From: an uncultured Oscillospiraceae bacterium
Lineage (GTDB): Bacteria; Bacillota; Clostridia; Oscillospirales; Oscillospiraceae
NCBI GenBank assembly: GCA_964587485.1
Contig: CAZPLL010000001.1
Coordinates: 1 to 54,978, forward strand
Length of the DNA: 54,978 nucleotides
Reading direction: 5' to 3'
A program made the position numbers and the translations under genes. This document shows, piece after piece, positions 28,720 through 37,726 of the stretch (position 1 is the first letter of the stretch; every line of letters starts with the position of its first letter). The notes beneath the pieces were generated by a model that saw only the letters and a list, made by a program, of their open reading frames with translations, did not search any database and was not told the DNA's origin.

Positions 28720-30216
28720 TCAGGTTGATTTAGGTATGAGAAGCAGCTTGCCCTGCATATCCCCGATATCGTTCATGGCCGTTATACGTTCGACGCAGGA
28801 GTGATACTTCTTTGCGAGCTCCCACACACTCTCGTTTTCAGCCTTGACCAGTGTGAGCGCCGGAAAAGCTTCGAAATCATATGGCTTATCATCGTCCGAC
28901 AAAACGGAGCTCACCGAAGAGAACTCCGAATACGCGCACTTTGTACAGCTCAGCTCAACCGAGATATGGGCATCAATCGTATTCCCGTCGAGCCTCATAT
29001 AGGTATCCCCGAGTCTTGCGCTCAGTATTCTCCCGTCGGCGGGGCATTCTCCGTCGGCGTCAATAATACGTCTCACGGCGGATATGCTTCCGCTTTTTGT
29101 GCGATACAGCACATCCGCGCTGACGTTACAGGAGAGCTTCGTCTGCTGCTGTGTCACCTGATTGAGCGAGGTAAGTATGCACAGTACATCGCCGCAGTCC
29201 TCAGAGGTGTTGATTCGTTCATCCTTATTGAGCTTTATGAGCTGAGTCTCGGAAGTGGTAGTATGCTGCCGCACCTCCATTTTGCACTGTGTCGGAAGCT
29301 CGTTACTGTATACATCGGTTATGTAATTCACACAGCTCCTGCACCGGCTGACGGCCTGAGTGACCGCGTGTATCTCGGCGTCAAGAGTCTTTTCCCCGTT
29401 TATGTTATCAATAAGATCGTAGTACGCCGATGTCATGGTTATATAGGCGGTACAGCCCTCGGTGTTCTCGCGCCCCGTGTCTATTATCTGCGAGAACGGC
29501 GCGGAAAACTGCGCGGTTATCGGGTAGCACTCCCCTGCCGTCATGTAGCAGACATTCAACTCCGTGGTGCCTTTTACGATCATTTTGCTTCCTATCACCT
29601 GCGTATCCGATACATTCATATCAGCACGGCAGAAAACGAGCTTCTCCGGCAAAGGCTTACCCGCCGGAAAAACAAACTGCTCGTTTGCGGCAAGGGTTTT
29701 TTCACAGACGGCATTTATGAGCATGATCTCGCGTTGCTCGTAGCGCGTATGCAGTGCGATGCTCCCGTCCTCCGGAAGTGTGTTTTCTATACACACGCTC
29801 TCCTCACGATAGCAGCTCAGCTCCCCGCTTATTTCAAACACGACCGACACCTTACGCGGATTGAGTATTCTTGCCTCGGAATTTACGATATTCAGCGATA
29901 TCTGAGATACGATATCCGCGTCTGCATCAGTCAACTCATACTCAATATTGAAAGCGCGGGAAACCTTTACAAATGAAACGCTCTCCTCCCCCTCGGTTAT
30001 ATACAGAAGCACGGCGGCGGCCTCCCCGCTGACAGACACTCCGCGTGAGGTAACGTCCTTGCTTTTCAGGAGGACCTCTGTCTGCACGGAGACTATTCGG
30101 CCGATGTCATCATTGGTATCGGGGACAACGCTTTCTATGCTCTCCTGAACTCTTTTTGTCTGGTGATACACCTCGCAAAAGGCGCTGACTTTTTTATTTT
30201 CAAAGCATATTTCCAT
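28720..30216 (-). CDS. DUF3794-repeat protein with C-terminal LysM domain (SipL-like spore coat morphogenetic protein)
   Basis: 498 aa. The N-terminus VPDTNDDIGRIVSVQTEVLLKSKDV is of DUF3794 type. The C-terminus TLVKAENESVWELAKKYHSCVERITAMNDIGDMQGKLLLIP is LysM-like. Confidence 0.65.
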   Translation of the reverse strand: MEICFENKKVSAFCEVYHQTKRVQESIESVVPDTNDDIGRIVSVQTEVLLKSKDVTSRGVSVSGEAAAVLLYITEGEESVSFVKVSRAFNIEYELTDADADIVSQISLNIVNSEARILNPRKVSVVFEISGELSCYREESVCIENTLPEDGSIALHTRYEQREIMLINAVCEKTLAANEQFVFPAGKPLPEKLVFCRADMNVSDTQVIGSKMIVKGTTELNVCYMTAGECYPITAQFSAPFSQIIDTGRENTEGCTAYITMTSAYYDLIDNINGEKTLDAEIHAVTQAVSRCRSCVNYITDVYSNELPTQCKMEVRQHTTTSETQLIKLNKDERINTSEDCGDVLCILTSLNQVTQQQTKLSCNVSADVLYRTKSGSISAVRRIIDADGECPADGRILSARLGDTYMRLDGNTIDAHISVELSCTKCAYSEFSSVSSVLSDDDKPYDFEAFPALTLVKAENESVWELAKKYHSCVERITAMNDIGDMQGKLLLIPKST

Positions 30217-30272
30217 AATAAACTCTCCTTGCTGTACAGTTTGTACAACATATGCTTTCGCCCCGGAGATTA

Positions 30273-30341
30273 TTACGGGCGTATCACCCTGAGAAGAATT
30301 TTCGCGATGAATTTCGGCATTTTAATAATATAGATATTCAT
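30273..30341 (-). CDS. spoVM: Stage V sporulation protein M (22-aa amphipathic micro-protein)
   Basis: Not in the ORF track because it is too short. MNIYIIKMPKFIAKILLRVIRP compares with B. subtilis SpoVM MKFYTIKLPKFLGG... (from memory). GGAGGGATAGGA SD. Its position downstream of prkC-rsgA matches B. subtilis. Confidence 0.75.
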   Translation of the reverse strand: MNIYIIKMPKFIAKILLRVIRP

Positions 30342-30354
30342 TCCTATCCCTCCT

Positions 30355-30507
30355 TCAACAACACCGCATGATCCAGATGCCCCCGCATATCAACGCCGCA
30401 CCGAGAAAAAACCACCAGAAATTGCTCGGAAGTACAAGTGCAAGAAGTATAACTACCCCAATGCCTATCGAGATACAGCCGCACACCCTGTTGTGTCCGC
30501 CGCGCAT
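30355..30507 (-). CDS. Hypothetical 50-aa two-TM micro-protein with Cys-rich termini
   Basis: MRGGHNRVCGCISIGIGVVILLALVLPSNFWWFFLGAALICGGIWIMRCC. Its TGA lies inside the spoVM SD (TGAAGGAGGG). The only SD-like element is a G6 run. Not in the ORF track. Confidence 0.45.
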   Translation of the reverse strand: MRGGHNRVCGCISIGIGVVILLALVLPSNFWWFFLGAALICGGIWIMRCC

Positions 30508-30508
30508 T

Positions 30509-30558
30509 AAACCGCCCCCCGAAATGTAGTCGCTACATTATACGCAGGAGGGCGGTTT
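30509..30558 (-). promoter_or_regulatory. 12-bp GC-rich stem-loop after rsgA that sequesters the G-rich SD of the 50-aa ORF; TATAAT hexamer in the loop
   Basis: Minus RNA is AAACCGCCCUCC-(26 nt loop with inner AUGUAG-CGA-CUACAU hairpin)-GGGGGGCGGUUU, then A-AUG. Confidence 0.45.
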
Positions 30559-30570
30559 TGTGAAACGGTA

Positions 30571-31452
30571 TTACTTTGTTTCCCAGAATTTATGCTGAGC
30601 GCTCAGCTCATACAGTCTTGTATAAGAGGCGTACCTGCTACGGGATATTTCTCCCGAGCTGACTGCGGCGGTAACCGCACAGCCCGGCTCCTTCAGGTGC
30701 GCGCAGTCATTGAAGCGGCATTTTCCTATGTACGGAGCAAAGTCGATAAAATCATGCTGAAGCTCCTCCTTGGGGATGATGTTCATCATCTCGACCTCAA
30801 AGGAGGCAAAGCCCGGCGTGTCGGCAATAAAGGTGTCATCTCCGATATCATAAAGCTCTACATGGCGGGTAGTGTGGCGGCCGCGCCCGAGCTTCTCGCT
30901 CACCTCACCGGTCTCTATCCGCAGTTCGGGAACGATGGCATTGAGTATGCTGGACTTTCCGACACCGGAGTTGCCTGTAAACGCGCACACCATACCGCAA
31001 AGCACCTGTTTCAGCTCGTCTATTCCCTCTCCTGTCCGGGCGCTCGTGCGTATAACGGTGAATCCCGCCTTTGTAAATATGCTGTACAGCTCGTCAGCCG
31101 GGTCGATATCGATCTTATTTATACAGACCACAAGGCGGCAGTCCGCCTCTGCGGCAATGACGGAGACGCGGTCAATAAGAAAAGGGTCGGTTACCGGATT
31201 TGTGTTCGCGGCGACAAAAACGAGCGCGTCAACATTGGCGACCGACGGTCGGATAAACCAGTTCCTGCGTTCGAGGACACTGTCTATCATACCCTTCCCG
31301 GTGGAGGAAACACTGCAATTTACCCTGTCCCCGACGAGCGGAGACGTGCCGTCCATTCGAAACCGTCCGCGCGCCTTGCACTCGATCACGCCCTCAGCCG
31401 TGCTGACGTAGTAAAACCCGCTCAAAGCCTTGACGATAATTCCTGATAACAT
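30571..31452 (-). CDS. rsgA: Ribosome small-subunit-dependent GTPase A
   Basis: The OB N-terminus is IIVKALSGFYYV. The circularly permuted GTPase motifs are NKIDI and GNSGVGKSS, and the zinc knuckle is CRFNDCAHLKEPGC. ATG 31452 is preferred; the track ORF extends to 31542, over prkC. Confidence 0.9.
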   Translation of the reverse strand: MLSGIIVKALSGFYYVSTAEGVIECKARGRFRMDGTSPLVGDRVNCSVSSTGKGMIDSVLERRNWFIRPSVANVDALVFVAANTNPVTDPFLIDRVSVIAAEADCRLVVCINKIDIDPADELYSIFTKAGFTVIRTSARTGEGIDELKQVLCGMVCAFTGNSGVGKSSILNAIVPELRIETGEVSEKLGRGRHTTRHVELYDIGDDTFIADTPGFASFEVEMMNIIPKEELQHDFIDFAPYIGKCRFNDCAHLKEPGCAVTAAVSSGEISRSRYASYTRLYELSAQHKFWETK

Positions 31453-31459
31453 ACGTCTC

Positions 31460-33139
31460 TCATCCGTCCTGTCCGGTCGATATTTCGAGGTATATCTTTG
31501 TGTGCTGTTCCACCTCGGTAAATGCCTGCACGCTCTGTCCAATGACCACGCCGGGGTTCATTGCGCTGGATTTTCTCTCGGAGCCGCCGTAGCTCAGCCC
31601 TGCGCTTTCAAGCTTTGCAACGGCCGCTTCCTCGGATATCCCGACGAGATTGGGAACCGTGACATAGCTGATCTCGGGACCGGCGCTTACGGAAATATAA
31701 ACGGTCGAACCCGCGCTGAGCTGTTCACCGGCGGACGGACTTGTGCTGATGACATAGTCACGGGTAACGCTGTCGGAGGTCACATTCTCGATCTCTGCAT
31801 AAAAGCCAGCCTGTGTTAGCGCCAGCATCGCCTCACGATAGTCCATGTTGACAACAGCGGGAACCGCGGAGAGTGTCATACCGGTGCTGACGGTAAGCTC
31901 GACATCAATTCCGTCGGAGCTCATCATTATGCTTCGTCCGGCCTCGGGAGACTGAGCGATAACAAGCCCGGATTCGGTCTCGGTGTCAATGATGTATACC
32001 ACCTTGAAATTATAGCGCGATGATAGATCGGAGTTATTAATAACATACTCGTAATTCGTTCCGACAAAATTCGGAAGCTCTATACGCTCGGCGGGAAGGA
32101 ATATCTCCCTGAGCCAGAAGCTCCAGAGCGACGAAAAGAGAACCATCACCAGCAGGATAAGTCCGAAGGTACCGAGCAGGTAGCTCACTCTTGCAGAGCG
32201 TCTGCGGCGGCGCTTATAGTCGCGCTTTGACATTTCGCTAACAGAGCGGACAGGGACAACAGCGGGATTTTCATATTTCTCTGTTTTTTCTCCGTCCCGG
32301 CAGGACTGCATGAATTCTTCGAGATCATCATAAAGCTCGACGGCGGTCTGATAGCGTTCTTCTATTCGGGAGCTCATCGCCTTGAAAACTATCCTCTCAA
32401 GCTCCGCCGGGATATCCGGCGCAAGCTCATGCAACGGGACGGCATCCGCATTCATATGCTTGACTGCGATCTCGCCGAGCGAATCGCCGGTAAAGGGCTG
32501 TCTGCCGGTAAGCATTTCATACATTACAATACCCAGCGAATAAATATCGCTACGGGCATCGGGGCATGCCCCCCTTGCCTGTTCGGGTGCAATATAGTGA
32601 ATAGAGCCGACAGCCTGTCCGTCATTTTCGTACAGCTCAAGCTCATTTTCAAGAGCGGCAATACCGAAATCGCCGACCTTTACCGTACCGTCACGCAGAA
32701 GCATAATGTTCTGCGGCTTGATATCACGGTGGATTATGCCGCGTCGGTGAGCATGGGCAAGTGCTTTTGCGGTCTGTTTTGAGTAGTGGACAGCCTCCTC
32801 CCAGCCGATAGCGCCGCGGCGGTCCATATACTCACGCAGAGTTATCCCGTCCACAAGCTCCATGACTATGTATTCCAAGTCATCGTTGTGGCTGACATCA
32901 AGCACCGAAACAATATTATTGTGGGAGAGCATGGCGACCGCATGAGTCTCGGCCGCAAAACGATGCCTGAACTCCTCGTTCATCTCCATTTCGTCGCGCA
33001 TGATCTTGATCGCGACATAGCGGTTGAGTCGGTGGTCAAGCGCTTTGTACACAACAGCCATGCCGCCCTCACCGAGAACGTCGATGATCTCGTATCTGCC
33101 GTCAAGCATATTCCCGATATATCTGTTGTTTTCGTTCAT
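31460..33139 (-). CDS. prkC: Ser/Thr protein kinase with three extracellular PASTA repeats
   Basis: Hanks kinase motifs GEGGMAVVYKA, HRDIKPQN and DFGIA. One TM segment, then three PASTA-like repeats. Confidence 0.93.
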   Translation of the reverse strand: MNENNRYIGNMLDGRYEIIDVLGEGGMAVVYKALDHRLNRYVAIKIMRDEMEMNEEFRHRFAAETHAVAMLSHNNIVSVLDVSHNDDLEYIVMELVDGITLREYMDRRGAIGWEEAVHYSKQTAKALAHAHRRGIIHRDIKPQNIMLLRDGTVKVGDFGIAALENELELYENDGQAVGSIHYIAPEQARGACPDARSDIYSLGIVMYEMLTGRQPFTGDSLGEIAVKHMNADAVPLHELAPDIPAELERIVFKAMSSRIEERYQTAVELYDDLEEFMQSCRDGEKTEKYENPAVVPVRSVSEMSKRDYKRRRRRSARVSYLLGTFGLILLVMVLFSSLWSFWLREIFLPAERIELPNFVGTNYEYVINNSDLSSRYNFKVVYIIDTETESGLVIAQSPEAGRSIMMSSDGIDVELTVSTGMTLSAVPAVVNMDYREAMLALTQAGFYAEIENVTSDSVTRDYVISTSPSAGEQLSAGSTVYISVSAGPEISYVTVPNLVGISEEAAVAKLESAGLSYGGSERKSSAMNPGVVIGQSVQAFTEVEQHTKIYLEISTGQDG

Positions 33140-33151
33140 AGGTCAACTCCA

Positions 33152-33895
33152 TTACCTCGTTACCGCTATCACGGTAACATTGTCGCCGGCACCACGGTCG
33201 AGCGTCGCATTCACAAGAAGCCTGCAAAGCTCTTCGGGCTCGGGATTGTCGAGAGCAAAATCAAGTATCTCATCGTCGGTAAGCACATTTGAAAGTCCGT
33301 CCGAGCAGAGAATGAGCGAATCCCCGCTCTGCATGGTAAACTCGAAAAAGTCAGACTCTACCTTCGGCTCCACACCCAGCGCCCTTGTGATGACATTCTT
33401 CCTCGGATGCAGGCGCGCCTCCTCGCGTGTTATAGCGCCACATTCCACCAGATTTTCAACATAGGAATGATCCCGCGTTATCTGGTACATGGCCTCTTCA
33501 CGGCGCGAAATGAGGTACGCGCGGCTGTCACCCACATTGATAATATACCCTTTACCGTTGGTTTCAATCAATCCGCCGACGATAGTTGTACCCATTCCCG
33601 AGAAAGCCTCGTCAAACTTCGAATACTCAAACGCCACACCGTTGGCCTCCGTACAGGCGTTTTGGAGTAATTCGCGGTACTTGGCTCTGGGAGTTCTCAG
33701 CTTAAGCTTGGCGGAAAGGTACGCGATGAATGCCTTGTTCGCGAGCTTGCTTGCGATCATACCGGCGTTAGCACCGCCCATTCCGTCGCAGAGAGAGACA
33801 ATAATACCGTTTTTGGTTGTGCATTTTTCAATGATGAAGCTGTCCTGATTATCCTTGCGGACAGTCCCCTTGTCGGTGATTCCGAAGCTTTTCAT
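33152..33895 (-). CDS. prpC: PP2C-family Ser/Thr phosphatase (Stp/PrpC)
   Basis: Carries GTVRKDNQDSF, LCDGMGG and GAGDNVTVI. ATG 33895 follows AGGGGAGG; the track ORF extends to 33985. Confidence 0.9.
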   Translation of the reverse strand: MKSFGITDKGTVRKDNQDSFIIEKCTTKNGIIVSLCDGMGGANAGMIASKLANKAFIAYLSAKLKLRTPRAKYRELLQNACTEANGVAFEYSKFDEAFSGMGTTIVGGLIETNGKGYIINVGDSRAYLISRREEAMYQITRDHSYVENLVECGAITREEARLHPRKNVITRALGVEPKVESDFFEFTMQSGDSLILCSDGLSNVLTDDEILDFALDNPEPEELCRLLVNATLDRGAGDNVTVIAVTR

Positions 33896-33932
33896 GGTGT
33901 ACCTCCCCTCTGTCGGCTTCAGGCGAAAAAGC

Positions 33933-34964
33933 TCACTTTTTTTGCTGCATTTTCCGGCGCAGTTGACCGCAGGAGGCATCCACATCTCCGCCGAGCTTTC
34001 GCCTTACGGTGACGTTGACCCCGTTATCCTCAAGAATTCTAATAAAGGCCTTCATGTGTCCGGCGGTCGATGGTCTGAATTCGCGCTCCTCTACATGGTT
34101 GAGCGGAATAAGGTTAACGTGGGCACAGACATTTCTTGCGTGCTTTGCGAGTAGCCTTGCGTGGTACTCAGTGTCATTTACGCCGTCGATCATAGCGTAT
34201 TCAAACGAAATGCGGCGGCCGGTCTTTTCATAATACCTCGCGCAACACTCCATAAGCTCGTCCACTCCCCTGCCGCGGTTGGCGGGCATAATGCGCGAGC
34301 GTGTTTCGTCGTCCGGCGCATGGAGGGAGACAGAAAGAGTTATCTGTAGGTTTTTAGCGGCGAGCTCGTCGAACTTCTCGGTAATGCCGCAGGTGGAGAG
34401 CGATATATGGCGCATACCGATGTTCATTCCCTGCGGATGGTTGACAAGTTCAAGAAACCTCATCACATTATCAAAGTTATCAAGCGGCTCACCGATACCC
34501 ATAAGAACGATATTCGATATCGGCTTGCCGGAGTCGATCTGAGAAAACATGACCTCATCAAGTATTTCAGAGGGCTTGAGACTGCGCACGAGACCGCCGA
34601 TGGTGGACGCGCAGAAAGCGCACCCCTGACGGCACCCCACCTGAGACGAAACGCAGACGGTATTGCCGTGCTTATAGCTCATCACCACGGTCTCTACGGC
34701 GTTGCCGTCATACAGCTCCCAGAGGTACTTTATTGTTCCGTCAAGCTTTGATACCTGCTTGCTCAGTACCCTCGGCCTGTAGAGTTCAAACTCGGTCTTG
34801 AGCTTATCACGCAACGTCTTTGACAGATCCGACATTTCGTCAAAATCCCGCACTCCGCGGCCAAGCCACGAGAAGATCTGCTTCGCTCTGTATTTCGGTT
34901 CGCCAAGCTGCAGGAACTCCTGCTCGATCTCCTCGGGCAGCATGGAAAGTATATCTTTTCCCAT
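33933..34964 (-). CDS. rlmN: 23S rRNA/tRNA (adenine-C2)-methyltransferase, radical SAM
   Basis: 343 aa. EPKYRAKQIFSW, the radical-SAM motif CRQGCAFC, and GIGEPLDN. TAATG overlap with rsmB. Confidence 0.95.
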   Translation of the reverse strand: MGKDILSMLPEEIEQEFLQLGEPKYRAKQIFSWLGRGVRDFDEMSDLSKTLRDKLKTEFELYRPRVLSKQVSKLDGTIKYLWELYDGNAVETVVMSYKHGNTVCVSSQVGCRQGCAFCASTIGGLVRSLKPSEILDEVMFSQIDSGKPISNIVLMGIGEPLDNFDNVMRFLELVNHPQGMNIGMRHISLSTCGITEKFDELAAKNLQITLSVSLHAPDDETRSRIMPANRGRGVDELMECCARYYEKTGRRISFEYAMIDGVNDTEYHARLLAKHARNVCAHVNLIPLNHVEEREFRPSTAGHMKAFIRILEDNGVNVTVRRKLGGDVDASCGQLRRKMQQKK

Positions 34965-36265
34965 TAGTTTTTCCTTCTCATCTTTGCGGCGAAAAAGCCG
35001 TCCGTAGCGTCAACATTCGGCCAGAAGGTATACATACCGTCCACAGCTTTTATTCCGTTTACCTCAAACGGCTCAGGCTCAAAGCTCTTATTCTCCGAGA
35101 GGAACCCTCGCACCACTGCCTCATTTTCTTCGGCGAGAACGGTGCAGGTAGAGTAAAGCAGAGTTCCGCCCGGGCGGACGTAACGCGAGAGATTGCGGAG
35201 TATATCGGACTGTATTCTGGGAAGCGCGGCGATCTCCTGTTCGGTTTTTTCCCGTATTTCGGGCTTCTTGCGTATTACGCCCATACCCGAGCACGGGACA
35301 TCCGCTATAACAAGATCATATTTTTCGGCGCGGCTTTCATCAAAGGCTCTTGCGTCCGACGACGCCGTATCAATGATTTCAATGCCGAGACGCTCGGCGC
35401 CGCCGCGGATAAGCGAAAGCTTCTTTTCATGAATATCGCAGGAGAGTATGTGCCCCTCATTATTCATGCCTATCGCCGCCGCAAAGGATTTTCCTCCCGG
35501 TGCGGCACACGCATCAAGCACATACATACCCGGCTCGGGGGCGGCTATCTCCACCGCCGTCCTCGCCGCGCGATCCTGAACATAGAAAAGCCCCTCCTCG
35601 AATCCGGGCAGCTCCGTAACATTCCCTCCGGAAAGCTCAATACAGCCGCATGGAGTGTCGAAAGTCAGATATTCTACGCCTGCTCTCTCAAGCGCCGAGG
35701 TATAATCCCGCACATCTGTCTTGAGCGTATTTACCTGAATACAGATTCCGGGCGGAGTATTGTCAGCAGAGAAAAACGCCTCGGTAAAGTCATAGCCGCG
35801 GGTGGCAATAAGCCTTTCCGACAGCCATCGGGGATGACTGTATCTTATGGCCAGATATTCGGCGCTGCCCTTTCCGGGTATCTCGGGCAGGTCTCCCAGA
35901 GAGACTCTGCGCAAAACGGCATTGACGAGTCCCGATGCCCTCGCATAGCCGACTTTCTTGCAGAGTCTAACGCTCTCGTTCACAGCGGCGCGCTCAGGGA
36001 TCCTGTCAAGGAACAGGAGCTGGTAAATACCCATTCTGAGTATGTCCCTGACCTTCGGCTCAAGCTTCGTCGAGCACAGGCCGTCAATGTAAAAATCACA
36101 CAGTGTGCGGTTTTGAAGCACGCCGAGGCAAAGCCGGGAAGCCAGCGCCGCGTCGCGTCTGTCCAGCTCGTATTTTCTTATAACATTGTCGATGGAGGCG
36201 TTGGACCACGCTTTGTCCCTCCGGCAACGTTCAAGCGCCGCCAGTGCCGCTTCTCTCGCTGTCAT
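34964..36265 (-). CDS. rsmB: 16S rRNA (cytosine967-C5)-methyltransferase
   Basis: 433 aa. NusB-like N-terminal domain, DACAAPGGKS SAM motif and DVPCSGMGVIRKKPE catalytic Cys motif. Confidence 0.9.
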   Translation of the reverse strand: MTAREAALAALERCRRDKAWSNASIDNVIRKYELDRRDAALASRLCLGVLQNRTLCDFYIDGLCSTKLEPKVRDILRMGIYQLLFLDRIPERAAVNESVRLCKKVGYARASGLVNAVLRRVSLGDLPEIPGKGSAEYLAIRYSHPRWLSERLIATRGYDFTEAFFSADNTPPGICIQVNTLKTDVRDYTSALERAGVEYLTFDTPCGCIELSGGNVTELPGFEEGLFYVQDRAARTAVEIAAPEPGMYVLDACAAPGGKSFAAAIGMNNEGHILSCDIHEKKLSLIRGGAERLGIEIIDTASSDARAFDESRAEKYDLVIADVPCSGMGVIRKKPEIREKTEQEIAALPRIQSDILRNLSRYVRPGGTLLYSTCTVLAEENEAVVRGFLSENKSFEPEPFEVNGIKAVDGMYTFWPNVDATDGFFAAKMRRKN

Positions 36266-36268
36266 TGT

Positions 36269-37189
36269 TTACTCCGTTCCGATTGTGTGGCCGCGCAGGA
36301 AATCGGCGGCCTTCATACGTTTTTTTCCGGGGGCCTGAAGCTCGGTTATCATAAGAGTCTCGCCGTCGGCGCAGGCTATCTCGATACCGTTTTTTCCGGC
36401 AGAGACTACCTTGCCGGGCTCCTTGTCGGTATGGGTAGTCGTGTAGTCCGCGGCGAACACGCGGTATATCTCGCCGTCAAGCCGACAGGTGGCGACCGGC
36501 CACGGCTGGAGTCCGTATATCTGCTTGAGTACGGCTCTCGGGCTCCTGTTCCAGTCGATAGGCGAATTTGACTTGTCGAGCATTGACACATAGCTCGCCC
36601 CGGCGTGATTCTGCGGGGTTCGCGGCGCGGTACCGTTCTCTACGTCGCGCAGGGTTTTAACAAGAAGCTCCGCGCCCATTTCCTTCAGGCGGTCAAAAAG
36701 CTCTCCCGAGGTCTCCTTTTCTCCGATGGCAGTCTCGGCAGTATAAATTATATCGCCCGTATCCATTTCACTTGCGAGGTACATGGTGGTAACACCGGTT
36801 ATCTCGTCGCCGTTGAGAACCGCCCACTGGATGGGCGCGGCTCCTCTGTACTTCGGGAGAAGAGAGCCGTGGACATTTATTGCTCCGTATTTTGGTAAGG
36901 CAAGTATATCATCGGGGAGAATACGTCCGTAGGCGACAACAACAAGAATATCGGGCGAAAGGCTCTTCATCATCTCAAGCGCGGTGCCGTCACGCATTTT
37001 CGCAGGCTGAAAAACAGGCAGACCATGCGCCTGTGCAAGCTGCTTCACGGGAGAGGCCGTAAGCTCCATTCCCCTGCCTTTAGGTTTATCGGGCTGAGTA
37101 AAAACGCCGACCACATCAAAGTGCTCCTCAAGAAGCTTTTTGAGCGATGCCTCGGCAAAATCCGGCGTGCCCATAAAAACAATACGCAT
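36269..37189 (-). CDS. fmt: Methionyl-tRNA formyltransferase
   Basis: Carries MRIVFMGTPDFA and NVHGSLLPKYRGAAPIQWA. ATG 37189 is preferred over the track GTG at 37204. Confidence 0.95.
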   Translation of the reverse strand: MRIVFMGTPDFAEASLKKLLEEHFDVVGVFTQPDKPKGRGMELTASPVKQLAQAHGLPVFQPAKMRDGTALEMMKSLSPDILVVVAYGRILPDDILALPKYGAINVHGSLLPKYRGAAPIQWAVLNGDEITGVTTMYLASEMDTGDIIYTAETAIGEKETSGELFDRLKEMGAELLVKTLRDVENGTAPRTPQNHAGASYVSMLDKSNSPIDWNRSPRAVLKQIYGLQPWPVATCRLDGEIYRVFAADYTTTHTDKEPGKVVSAGKNGIEIACADGETLMITELQAPGKKRMKAADFLRGHTIGTE

Positions 37190-37190
37190 T

Positions 37191-37691
37191 TTACTCATCA
37201 CCACCGCGTTCTATTTCTTCCTTTGAAAGCATCCTGCTCGCCTTTGAGGTGAAAACAATGCCGTCAAGATGGTCTATTTCGTGGCAGAAGCAACGCGCCG
37301 TAAGCCCTGTGCCCTCGACCTCGAACCACTCGCCATATCTGTCCTGAGCGCGCACCTTGACATCCATCGGGCGTTTTACCATGCCGTATTCTCCGGGGAC
37401 GCTGAGACAGCCCTCAGCTCCGTCCTGTTCGCCGGAGGCCTCGATGATCTCGGGGTTTATGAGTTCGATAATATATTCGTCCTCTTCATTCTCGACATTT
37501 GTCTCAATGACAAGAACGGCGCGGCGCAGTACGCCGACCTGAGGCGCGGCGAGCCCGACGCCGCCGGACTCCTCAAGGGTATCGGCCATATCGTCAAGAA
37601 GCTGATGAAGGCGCGAATTGAAAGCTGTCACGGGACGGCTCGTTTTATAAAGTCCCGGCTGTTCTCTTGTAAGGATGTTTCGTAAAGCCAT
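37191..37691 (-). CDS. def: Peptide deformylase
   Basis: All three motifs are present: GVGLAAPQVG, EGCLS and HEIDHLDG. Confidence 0.95.
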   Translation of the reverse strand: MALRNILTREQPGLYKTSRPVTAFNSRLHQLLDDMADTLEESGGVGLAAPQVGVLRRAVLVIETNVENEEDEYIIELINPEIIEASGEQDGAEGCLSVPGEYGMVKRPMDVKVRAQDRYGEWFEVEGTGLTARCFCHEIDHLDGIVFTSKASRMLSKEEIERGGDE

Positions 37692-37726
37692 ATCTCTCTC
37701 CGTTCTGCCGCAACGCGGCGCTGTAG

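Noticed and set aside
28801-29976. 391-aa plus-strand ORF opposite the DUF3794/LysM gene
   Set aside because: It is an antisense shadow with an Arg/Leu/His-rich translation and no motif. The minus-strand gene has a good SD, a LysM end and a terminator.
34820-36571. 583-aa plus-strand ORF, the longest unexplained ORF in the track
   Set aside because: It lies entirely antisense to the well-supported rsmB and fmt genes. Its translation is Arg/Gly/Ser/Pro/Ala-rich with no recognisable motif, it has a TTG start and no SD. This is a typical shadow ORF of GC-rich coding DNA.
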